A stretch of 64,000 nt of DNA from NCBI GenBank assembly GCA_963730935.1, contig CAVSTP010000002.1, forward strand, positions 768,001-832,000, given 5' to 3'. Of this stretch, positions 19,394 to 27,834 are shown in pieces. Positions within the stretch are counted from its first letter, which is position 1, and every line of letters starts with the position of its first letter. This DNA is from an uncultured Nitrospiraceae bacterium (GTDB taxonomy: Bacteria > Nitrospirota > Nitrospiria > Nitrospirales > Nitrospiraceae). The notes beneath the pieces were generated by a model, which had not been told where the DNA came from, made no database searches, and was given only the letters and a program-made list of their open reading frames with translations. The translations under genes and the position numbers were made by a program.

Positions 19394-20521
19394 TTACCGA
19401 AGCGGTGCAGCCAGCGGTGACGGCGCGAGCGGTGCCGCCAGCGGTGAGGGGCCGAGTGGCTTGGCCAGTGGTGACGGTGGCAGCGGTGTCGCCAGCGGCG
19501 ATTGTGGCAACGGGATGGTCAATGGTGATTGGAGCAACGGCGCCGCCAGAGGCGATGGTGGCAGTGGCGCGGCGAGAGGTGATTGCGGCAGCGGCGCGAC
19601 CAAGGGGGACTGTGAGCCTGGCGGATTGGAGGCAGACGGTGCGCTCGGTGCCGGAGAAGGAACCACGGCAGATGGGGTCGAGGCGGCATCGCGTCCGTTC
19701 ATGGATTGTTCGACCGACGGCAGATGCCGGTTCGACGGATGAAGGTGCCTGGCTCGGCTTAGCAACTCATTGATCTGCTTCACTCTTGCCGGCGTCACAT
19801 AGGCATATCCCGTCAAGGCTTGAGCGACAAGGTCGTCGGCTTGCATCTGATTGAGCAATTGCTGCCTTTGAAGCGTCAGTGCATGTACCTGCTCTGCGGT
19901 ATTGGCCGTGGCCAAGGCTACATTGGCCGCGTCGAGCTGCTGACGGAGTTGTTCGGCCTCAGCTCTGAGTGAGGCGAGTTCCTGTGCGGCGCGTTCATTA
20001 TCTCGAAGCGCGTTGATGGCTTGGATGACTTCACCCTGATCGACCTGCGCCGTGAGATCAACATGGATCACAGCGACGCCGTCCTCGAGGCGCGTGCGGG
20101 TCTGTTGATTGAGCACGCTGACAATACCGGCGGTATACGTCCGGATCTCATCGCGCGTGACGTCCAGGTTTTTCACTTCGGTCACACTCTCGAGATACAC
20201 GGCCACTTGCTCGAGCGCTTGCCGTTTGGCGGCCTCAATGGCCATTCGTGTGGCATCCATTCTCGTGTCATGATCTCCCATTCGATAGTCAGCGGTGGCG
20301 GTCACGACACGGATCACCGGCTCTTGCCGATGAAGGGGCGGCGTGGCTTCGGGCGCCAAGGCAATGGCCTCGCTGCGATACTTCTCTGGGATCGAGTACC
20401 ATTCAGTGGTGAAGTTGAGCGTGCCGGAATCGTCTTTATAACGGTAGATCTGGTTGCCCGCGAAAGCCGGAGCGGCTGCGGTGAGGAGGCAGAAGACGAT
20501 GATGCGAGACAACAGGCGCAT
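19394..20521 (-). CDS. Secreted DUF4124-domain protein with coiled coil and Pro-rich repeat tail
   Basis: Signal peptide APAFA, IYRYKDDSG..NFT, heptad region, SPLAAPLPx repeats. Confidence 0.75.
   Translation of the reverse strand: MRLLSRIIVFCLLTAAAPAFAGNQIYRYKDDSGTLNFTTEWYSIPEKYRSEAIALAPEATPPLHRQEPVIRVVTATADYRMGDHDTRMDATRMAIEAAKRQALEQVAVYLESVTEVKNLDVTRDEIRTYTAGIVSVLNQQTRTRLEDGVAVIHVDLTAQVDQGEVIQAINALRDNERAAQELASLRAEAEQLRQQLDAANVALATANTAEQVHALTLQRQQLLNQMQADDLVAQALTGYAYVTPARVKQINELLSRARHLHPSNRHLPSVEQSMNGRDAASTPSAVVPSPAPSAPSASNPPGSQSPLVAPLPQSPLAAPLPPSPLAAPLLQSPLTIPLPQSPLATPLPPSPLAKPLGPSPLAAPLAPSPLAAPLR
19397..19609 (-). repeat. Coding tandem repeat, about 8 x 27 bp (SPLAAPLPx)
   Basis: SPLVAPLPQ SPLAAPLPP SPLAAPLLQ SPLTIPLPQ SPLATPLPP SPLAKPLGP SPLAAPLAP SPLAAPLR. 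Confidence 0.9.
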
Positions 20522-20653
20522 GATCGGTCCCCATTCACCATACCATGTCTGACGGGGTGAATGCCGCATGGATTGACTTGGATATCACCACTCGTTATAA
20601 GACCGCGAACGCGTCATGGATGGCCGGACTCACCCGTGTCCCGGAGAGGCAGC

Positions 20654-21166
20654 ATGGACGATGCCGATCCACAGACCACCTATCGCCATCTCCTCGATCT
20701 ATGGACATCGGGCGTCCGGGATTACCACAGCCTCCTGTCTGACTACCTCACGGCCAATTCGATTTTTGTCGCGGCCATCGGGTTTCTTCTCGCCCGGCAA
20801 CCCCTGACACTGATATTCACACTGCTCGTCATTATCCTGTGCTTCTTCGGCGTGCTCATGACATTGCAGATGGCCATCGTGCTTGGCCGTTTCTCGGCCC
20901 AAACCGCCCTGTGGGAATGGCGTCTTCGAGGTATCGAAGGCGATGCCCGCTGGAAACAGCCGAAACTCTTTGTCGATCTTCACCGATACCGGGACGGGCA
21001 CGAAGCCCTCGCTGAGAAGTGCAACAACCCGCCGGTGCTTCAGCCGAACTGGGCGCTCCGCCAACACCATCGGTGGTGGGCTCGCCGTGATGTCAGCTTT
21101 CCCTTGTTATTCGGAACGGTGTACCTGCTGTTCCTCGTCTGGAGCCTTACGCAACTTGTCGCCTAG
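20654..21166 (+). CDS. Three-TM membrane protein, possibly RipA-type octameric membrane family
   Basis: SD GGAGAGG; YLTANSIF, TM hairpin, RGIE, C-terminal P..F..VY. Confidence 0.6.
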   Translation: MDDADPQTTYRHLLDLWTSGVRDYHSLLSDYLTANSIFVAAIGFLLARQPLTLIFTLLVIILCFFGVLMTLQMAIVLGRFSAQTALWEWRLRGIEGDARWKQPKLFVDLHRYRDGHEALAEKCNNPPVLQPNWALRQHHRWWARRDVSFPLLFGTVYLLFLVWSLTQLVA

Positions 21167-21180
21167 TAGTCACTTCCCGG

Positions 21181-21825
21181 GTGCCGAAGATGGCCGGTCT
21201 GCTGTTGTTGATTGCGCTAACAGTGTTCGAAGGAACCACGGCGGTGGCTGGGCCAGAATTCCATCCGTCCTCCGTCGAGAAGGGCGTCTTCTTGGTGGCG
21301 AGCCCGTCACTGAATGATCCGAATTTCCGACAAACGGTCGTGCTGGTCCTTGAGCATGGTCCTGAGGGAACGCTCGGCGTGATTTTGAACCGCGCCACGG
21401 AGGTGCTCCTCTCTGAGGCGTTGCCCGGCGTTCGGGCGCTCAAAGGGACAACGCACCGACTTTTTGCCGGCGGTCCGGTACAGCCAAACATTGTGCTGCT
21501 GCTGTCGCGCTTGAAGGAGCCTCAACCGGACATGCGACCCGTCTTCGACAGTGTGTATGTGGGAGGGAATCCAGACGTGTTGGAACGCCTCCTCAGGCAG
21601 GCCGGTCCCGCGGCCAGGTTTCGGGCGTTTGCCGGCTATGCGGGATGGGCTCCAGGGCAGCTCGGTTTTGAAATGCTCCAAGGATCGTGGGCGGTCCTGC
21701 CTCCGGAAGACAACCTCTTTGAGAAAGATCCCGCATCACTCTGGCCAGACAGTATCACTCAACTCCAAGCGCCGAGAGTGATCTCCCATGAGCGAGAACG
21801 AGAAAGTGGAGTTCTGAAGCGGTAG
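21181..21825 (+). CDS. YqgE/AlgH (DUF179) family protein
   Basis: LVASP.L.DPNF.QTVV, G.ILNR, GGPV, GYAGW..GQL. Confidence 0.9.
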   Translation: MPKMAGLLLLIALTVFEGTTAVAGPEFHPSSVEKGVFLVASPSLNDPNFRQTVVLVLEHGPEGTLGVILNRATEVLLSEALPGVRALKGTTHRLFAGGPVQPNIVLLLSRLKEPQPDMRPVFDSVYVGGNPDVLERLLRQAGPAARFRAFAGYAGWAPGQLGFEMLQGSWAVLPPEDNLFEKDPASLWPDSITQLQAPRVISHERERESGVLKR

Positions 21826-21842
21826 TTGATTTGAGGAGAAGC

Positions 21843-22445
21843 ATGTCGATCTGGTCATATGGAAACAAACTGTCGATGGTGATGTCGATCGCGCTATCGC
21901 TCGCGGCCTGCGCGAAGTCCTTTGACATGTCCGGGGAACGCCTGACGCCGCTTGGACCAGAGTGGGGCGTCGTGATCGGCTCAGTACTCGTCAAACCGGC
22001 AAAGCTCGCAGATGAGAGCACGAAATCCCGGGCCGCCACCGATATGACCTATGAATTTGACATCGTCCAAAGTCAGCCCGGCGATCCTGAGGGCGAAACT
22101 CCCTATGCCGAACGGTATCATCTCCAGGCCAAGGCGGGAGAAGAGCGGATGTTCATCTCCAGGTTGCGCACTGGTAGGTATCTCGTGAAAAGCTTTGCCA
22201 GTGAGGGGATCGCAGGCACCGGCGGAGACCTTGACCTGATCTTCGACAGTATGGCGGGGGAAGTCCGCTACATCGGCCGGTTGCTGGTGGAAGTTCCTCA
22301 GCGTGTATTGCGCGGAAAAGAGTATCGGTTTACCGTCGAAAACGCTCGTGAGGGGACGTTGAAGCACATCTCCGATCGTCACGCGGGGCTGGCCACCCAG
22401 GCGGTCGATGCTCCAATGCGGTCGCGTGAGTCATCGGCGCGCTGA
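21843..22445 (+). CDS. Hypothetical lipoprotein
   Basis: Lipobox LAAC; GVVIGS; GEVRYIG. Confidence 0.75.
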   Translation: MSIWSYGNKLSMVMSIALSLAACAKSFDMSGERLTPLGPEWGVVIGSVLVKPAKLADESTKSRAATDMTYEFDIVQSQPGDPEGETPYAERYHLQAKAGEERMFISRLRTGRYLVKSFASEGIAGTGGDLDLIFDSMAGEVRYIGRLLVEVPQRVLRGKEYRFTVENAREGTLKHISDRHAGLATQAVDAPMRSRESSAR

Positions 22446-22461
22446 CAAGAAAGGATCAGTT

Positions 22462-23196
22462 ATGCACAGTCGTTGTCATTGGCGCTTGGAGAAATGTCGC
22501 CTCTTGATCGGCGTGTGGGCCGTGGTAGGGTGGGCGGTCGTATGCTCGGCTGGCGAGATCGCGCGGTCGGCAGTGACTGACGACAGGGACCATGAACACA
22601 TGCTTGGTGCCGTGGAAGCCATGACGCCTCATCAACGGCATATGGGACCGCATATGAAATGGACGACGTTGCGACCGCTAGGCCCTGGCGATCCTGAACG
22701 CGCTTACCACATCGTCCAAACCGTTCGGCAGGCGTTGGATAAGTACAAGGACTATCACGTGGCGTTGGATGAGGGTTTCATCCCGATGCACCCCGAGCGC
22801 AAGCCGCGGCATTATCATTTTGCCAATAAAGAGCGCCGCCATCTGGCGCGCATGCATTTCGACGCGGCCCGGCCCACCTCACTGCTCTATAAGAAAACCG
22901 GCGATGGGTATGAACTTGAAGGGGCGATGTTTACGGCACCGAAGGGAATGACCGAGGATGAGCTGAACGAGCGCATCCCGTTGAGCATCGCGCGATGGCA
23001 TGCCCACGTCAATATTTGTCTCGCGTCCGATGGCAGTGGACGCCGCATCAGCCGAAGACAGTTCGGATTCAAGGGCACCATTGCCGACGAATCCGAGTGC
23101 CGGAAAGCCGGCGGACAGTTCGTTGCACAAGCGGGAGGATGGATGATCCATGTCTATCCCTTCGAATCGACACCAGAGAAAATTTGGACGCACTAA
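22462..23196 (+). CDS. Exported His-rich hypothetical protein
   Basis: Signal-like N-terminus; HYHF, P.SLLY, WHAH.NIC, GWMIHV. Confidence 0.75.
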   Translation: MHSRCHWRLEKCRLLIGVWAVVGWAVVCSAGEIARSAVTDDRDHEHMLGAVEAMTPHQRHMGPHMKWTTLRPLGPGDPERAYHIVQTVRQALDKYKDYHVALDEGFIPMHPERKPRHYHFANKERRHLARMHFDAARPTSLLYKKTGDGYELEGAMFTAPKGMTEDELNERIPLSIARWHAHVNICLASDGSGRRISRRQFGFKGTIADESECRKAGGQFVAQAGGWMIHVYPFESTPEKIWTH

Positions 23197-23211
23197 CGCA
23201 TCGATCGGCTT

Positions 23212-23240
23212 GCCCGCGGCGATCCGAGATCGCCGCGGGC
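23212..23240. terminator. GC-rich hairpin between convergent genes
   Basis: GCCCGCGGCGATC-CGA-GATCGCCGCGGGC, perfect 13-bp stem, no U tract. Confidence 0.6.
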
Positions 23241-23272
23241 CGATGATGAGAGGGAGATGAGCCTGCCGCGCA

Positions 23273-23821
23273 CTACTGCGGATTGTCGACGTCCAGAATC
23301 GTCAAGGTGACGAGAATTGGTTTTCCTGCCAGTGGGTGGTTGTAGTCCATCACTGCGTCGGTATCGGACATTTGCGTGATCGTGGCCTGCTGGCCGGTCC
23401 TACGATCTTCGATGATGTCGCCGGTCTTGACTCCACTGGGGAGTTCCTTGGTCGGCACGACAGTCTTCTTCTTCGAATCGTATGCCCCGAAGGCCTGGTC
23501 TTCACTGAGCTTGACCTCGGTCTTATCGCCCCTCCGCATACCGGATACCGCCTGCTCGAGTGCCGGCAGCATTTGGTGTTCCCCCTGGACGAATTGACTG
23601 AGATCTCTGACTTCGATTTGGTCGTCGCCTGGAACCGTAATCTGGTACAACAGGGTCACCTTTGAACCGTCAGTAATCGGAGCGGATGAACCCTGTGTAT
23701 TCTGGCCGGATGATCCCTCCAGATTCTGACCTGGCTGGGCTGCGATGCCGGCAGGAGCAGATAATCCCAGACATCCGACGATGGCCATCATGGTCACTGT
23801 ATATTGGCGCGCGTTCGCCAT
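23273..23821 (-). CDS. FKBP-type peptidyl-prolyl isomerase (SlyD-like) with signal peptide
   Basis: F..G...LPALE..V.GM, AFG.YD, DYNHPLAGK. Confidence 0.9.
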   Translation of the reverse strand: MANARQYTVTMMAIVGCLGLSAPAGIAAQPGQNLEGSSGQNTQGSSAPITDGSKVTLLYQITVPGDDQIEVRDLSQFVQGEHQMLPALEQAVSGMRRGDKTEVKLSEDQAFGAYDSKKKTVVPTKELPSGVKTGDIIEDRRTGQQATITQMSDTDAVMDYNHPLAGKPILVTLTILDVDNPQ

Positions 23822-23880
23822 TAGTACCTCCTTGGTTGGAATCGGACGCAGGCGCTGCGTCCATTTCCGCTACAAACGTC

Positions 23881-23895
23881 GCAAACCTGTTGCCA
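23881..23895 (-). promoter_or_regulatory. Sigma54 (-24/-12) promoter of the FKBP gene
   Basis: Minus strand TGGCAACAGGTTTGC (GG-N10-GC) about 60 nt upstream of the ATG. Confidence 0.65.
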
Positions 23896-24189
23896 TGAAT
23901 GAAACTGCAGCGTTTGTGCGGGCTTAAGACTCATGAACCTCGACGCACGCGAAGTGACGGGTGAACAGTCCGTCCTTACTCGCGGAAAAGGATTGGATTT
24001 CAGCCACGTTAGATTCTTAGACAGTCTGTCCTCATCTCATAGACAGGCTGTCTGCCGATACTGGGAGCCTCCCTTGCCATTTCACTCCCTTGCCATTCGA
24101 TGGACACTTTGCTTGACTGATCGGAGCAACATAACCTGCTCCTCCACTCATCTCATTGTGAGGCGCATGATCACTTCAGGAGCTCGTAC

Positions 24190-24817
24190 ATGACCACTTC
24201 AGTACAATGATGCACGGCTATCGTCGTCATTGGATGTCTGTGGCTCGCCGGATGTGCCAAGCTCGCCTATCAGCATATGAACGATCCTTCTCGGGACGCC
24301 TGGCAGAAGCCGAAAGAAGCGATTGAGAAACTAGCGATAGCCCCGGGGTCACGTGTCGCAGACATCGGTGCGGGCGGAGGATACTTCACGTGGTATCTGG
24401 CGGAGGCCGTCGGTGCAGAAGGAGCGGTATACGCGGTCGACATCGACGAGACAGGCTTGAACATCATCCGGAAAGAGAGACAGGCGCGAGGGATGACACA
24501 TGTGGTGCCGGTTCTTGCCGACCCTTCTGATCCCAAACTCCCTGAACGAGTGGACCTGGTGTTCAGCTGCGATACCTATCACCACATGAAGGATCGCGTG
24601 GCCTATTTCAGGTCATTGACTCAATACCTCAAGGCGGACGGGGCGGGTGGCGATCCTGGATTTCCATCCGCACGGCTTCTTCTCAGGTCTACTCGGGCAT
24701 GGCACGGCAGCGGAGGATGTCCTGCGCGAGATGGAAGCTGCGGGCTACCGGCGGGTCGCCAACCTCGACCTCGTTGAGAGCCAGCATTTTCAAGTATTCT
24801 CCCGAAACGGGTCGTGA
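24190..24817 (+). pseudogene. Class I SAM-dependent methyltransferase lipoprotein with a nonsense codon and a frameshift
   Basis: MTTSVQ*CTAIVV...LAGC; VADIGAGGGYF; extra G at 24640-24643; shifted frame continues RVAILDF...QHFQVF to TGA24817. Confidence 0.8.
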
Positions 24818-24864
24818 GCGTTCATCAGGTTGCGGGCAACGGATCGTCCTCGTAAGATACCGGC

Positions 24865-25599
24865 ATGGAATCGAGTGAAGTCACACGCATCAAGACAAAG
24901 ATGCCCGTGCCCTACGAGCTGACGGCGGTGCATCGAGACACGCGTGACACAAAGACATTTTGCTTCGCGTTGCCCGAGGATGCCACGCTGGACATGCTCC
25001 CCGGCGATCATCTCTACGTGCATGCCACGATCAACGACAAAACGGTCAAGCGGCCGTATACGCCGTCGTCCGTGCCCGGCACGACGGGATATTTCGATCT
25101 CACCGTGAAGCGGTATGAAAATGGTCTGGTGTCAAAGTATCTGCATGATCGGGAGGTCGGTGACACCGTGCTGATGAGCGGGCCGAACGCGGGCGGCCAC
25201 TGGGTGGACGGGATGGCCAAGCGTGTCGGGTTTGTGGCCGGCGGCACTGGCATCACACCGATGATCTCCATTATTCGCTGGATGCTGGCGAAGGGGCTCG
25301 ATGTGGAAATATTTCTGCTGTTTGCCAACAAAACCGAGGCCGACATCATCTTCCTCGACGAATGGGATTCGAATGTCCGCGAGCATGCGAGCTTCCACGT
25401 CCATCACGTGCTGGAGCAGCCGCCGGCCGGCTGGGCGCAGGGTACGGGACGTATCACCGACGAGATCTTGCGCCGGCACCTGCCTGCTCCGGGTCCTCAG
25501 ACGGCTATCTTCCTGTGCGGTCCGCCCCTGATGGTGGACGCCTTGGAAGGTACGTTAAAGGCCATTGGTTATTCAGAACAATCCATCGTGCTTCCCTAG
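24865..25599 (+). CDS. FAD/NAD(P)-binding oxidoreductase (cytochrome b5 reductase/FNR-like)
   Basis: RPYT, G.VS.YL, AGGTGITPM, CGPP.M. Confidence 0.92.
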   Translation: MESSEVTRIKTKMPVPYELTAVHRDTRDTKTFCFALPEDATLDMLPGDHLYVHATINDKTVKRPYTPSSVPGTTGYFDLTVKRYENGLVSKYLHDREVGDTVLMSGPNAGGHWVDGMAKRVGFVAGGTGITPMISIIRWMLAKGLDVEIFLLFANKTEADIIFLDEWDSNVREHASFHVHHVLEQPPAGWAQGTGRITDEILRRHLPAPGPQTAIFLCGPPLMVDALEGTLKAIGYSEQSIVLP

Positions 25600-25709
25600 C
25601 CGCCATCCATCCTCCTCTACGTCCGGCCGGAAGCCGTTTGTCGTGACGATCTGGAACACAGGCGCGACGACTTCTGGCGAACCCAAAGGCGCCTGCGTCT
25701 ATTCGCTCG

Positions 25710-26549
25710 CTATTCGATGGTGAAGTTCAGCACCATGCCTTTGGCGGCATGGGATTCACTGATGTGAGGATTGGAAAACAAGCACATGATGGTATAGCGG
25801 CCGGGAGTTAACTCCGCCGTGAAGGTCCCGTCGCGTCCCGGCTCGAGGCCGCTCATGCCGCCGATGAGTGTCCCCGGCAGACGCGAAGGGTTGTCCTGGT
25901 CGAACGCCTTGAGCACATCATCCGCCGATGCATCCGCATGCAGACGGATGATACTCGCCTGATGAGTTTGATGGCCCCGATTGATGACGTAGAAGCTATG
26001 GCGGCCCTTTCTCAGCGGTTGGACCACGACAAACTCATACTCGAACATGGCCATATGGAAGTTGCCTTCAAACTCAGGAGGAGCTGGCTTCGTGTCCAGG
26101 ACACGCAGCGCCTTTTGCATGCCGAGCGACGCATGGCTTTGATGGTTCTTGCCGGGAATGCCGCAGATGATGACGTAGGAACCGGGCTCCAGGTACAACG
26201 TCGCTTCCGACACCTGGCCGGCATCCACCCCGTTCGGACCTCCCATGTGCTTGGCCCAGGACGGAATGGTGCGAGTGCCTGATTTGAGAGCCGTCCCCAG
26301 ATCGGCGGGAGTCTTGCCTTCCTCCAGCTTAAGAAATTGCACTTGATGCGGTTCTTTTCCACGATTGCGCAAGCGGACTGTCGTTTGACCGGCCGTCAGC
26401 TGATCGGGACCATCGAATCTGTGTTCCCAGGCAGAGAATGTGGCAACGTTCGACTGTGGAGGAGGGACCGCCGCTGAGATGATCCAGAATGCAGCAATCG
26501 CGAGACAGGCGACCGCGCTCTGGAATACGAACCAATGACTCAACCGCAT
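25710..26549 (-). CDS. Exported protein with two cupredoxin (type 1 Cu-like) domains
   Basis: EPHQ...CGIPGKNHQSHASLGM and THQ...CLFSNPHISESHAAKGM. Confidence 0.75.
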   Translation of the reverse strand: MRLSHWFVFQSAVACLAIAAFWIISAAVPPPQSNVATFSAWEHRFDGPDQLTAGQTTVRLRNRGKEPHQVQFLKLEEGKTPADLGTALKSGTRTIPSWAKHMGGPNGVDAGQVSEATLYLEPGSYVIICGIPGKNHQSHASLGMQKALRVLDTKPAPPEFEGNFHMAMFEYEFVVVQPLRKGRHSFYVINRGHQTHQASIIRLHADASADDVLKAFDQDNPSRLPGTLIGGMSGLEPGRDGTFTAELTPGRYTIMCLFSNPHISESHAAKGMVLNFTIE

Positions 26550-26667
26550 GATGTCCTTCCTTTGCTTCAACCTGACTAGGTCATGAGGCACGCGAAGGAC
26601 CGGCCGCCCTATTAATAACTTTACCTACACTGTTTAGCAATAGAGCCATTTGGATCAATGGACGCCT

Positions 26668-27603
26668 CTAGGCCATTGATTCGCGGCCGTGCGGCTCGGA
26701 GAGGTCTTGCGCCGGACCGAGAGGAACAATCCGGGTGGGATTGATGTCGTCGTGCGTGATGTAATAGTGCCGCTTGATATGGTCGAAGTTGACCGTGTCG
26801 GCGATGCCGTCGATCTGGTAGAGATCTCTCAGGTAGCCGAACAGGTGGTGATAGTCGACGATGCGGCGGAGATTGCACTTGAAATGGCCGTGGTAGACGG
26901 CATCGAACCGTACCAGCGTCACGAAGAGCCGCCAATCCGTTTCGGTGACTTCTGAGCCGAAGAGATAACGACGGTCGGCGAGGCGCTGCTCCACCCGGTC
27001 GAGCGTCTCGAACAGTCGGCGCACCGCCCTTTCGTACGCGGCCTGTGAGGTCGCGAACCCTGCGCGATACACGCCATTGTTCACCTGCTCGTAGAGAAGG
27101 CCGTTCCACTCGTCGACCTCCTGACGGAGCGGTTCCGGATACAAATCGAGACGGCTCTTCGTGAATCGATTGAACTCGCTATTGAACATGCGCATGAGGT
27201 CGTCGTCGGAATTCGACACGATGCGCTTGGTCACGGTATCCCACAGCACCGGCACGGTGACGCGCCCACGATATGTGGGATCGGTCGCATGATAGGCTTC
27301 GCTGAGAAACCGGAAGCCATTGAGCGCGTCCTGCGAATGACCCGGTCCGTCCCGAAAGGCCCAGCCCCGCTCATTGCGAATCGGATCGACGACGGTCATG
27401 CCGATCACCGGCTCCAGCTGCTTGAGCTTCCGCACGATGATCGTCCGGTGCGCCCATGGACAGGCCCAGGACACGTAGAGATGATACCGGCCTGCGGCGG
27501 CTGGATAGCCTGAACGGCCGTCCGCCGTCACCCACCCACGGAAGGCATCGTCTTGACGTCTGAACTCGCCGGCCGCCGATTGTTCCATCGGGAATTGCGC
27601 CAT
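26668..27603 (-). CDS. Glutathionyl-hydroquinone reductase (GST omega/Xi, YqjG-like)
   Basis: RYHLYVSWACPWAHR, TVPVLWD, NNGVYRAGFA, HIKRHYY. Confidence 0.93.
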   Translation of the reverse strand: MAQFPMEQSAAGEFRRQDDAFRGWVTADGRSGYPAAAGRYHLYVSWACPWAHRTIIVRKLKQLEPVIGMTVVDPIRNERGWAFRDGPGHSQDALNGFRFLSEAYHATDPTYRGRVTVPVLWDTVTKRIVSNSDDDLMRMFNSEFNRFTKSRLDLYPEPLRQEVDEWNGLLYEQVNNGVYRAGFATSQAAYERAVRRLFETLDRVEQRLADRRYLFGSEVTETDWRLFVTLVRFDAVYHGHFKCNLRRIVDYHHLFGYLRDLYQIDGIADTVNFDHIKRHYYITHDDINPTRIVPLGPAQDLSEPHGRESMA

Positions 27604-27834
27604 CTCTCCCGCTCGAAAGGTACGTCGCTGCCCTAAAGTATGGCACAGAGCCATCCGGTGAAAACAGGTGAGCGCAGGCGGCCCCACAGGAGCTCGTCTC
27701 CAGAAGTCGCACGAGAGCCTGCAGCGGCTTGTGGCTAGAGGTCTGCCGAGTAGCGCCTCCGGCAACTTTCGCCCCTGAATAATAGAGTGGACAGGCCGTC
27801 GAGGAAGAACATCGGACAACCTCAGGAGTAGCCC

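Noticed and set aside
19397..19609. Possible CRISPR array or collagen-like plus-strand ORFs (19269-19742, 19333-19773)
   Set aside because: The units are contiguous with no unique spacers and keep frame within the minus-strand gene; the plus-strand ORFs are shadows of the repeat
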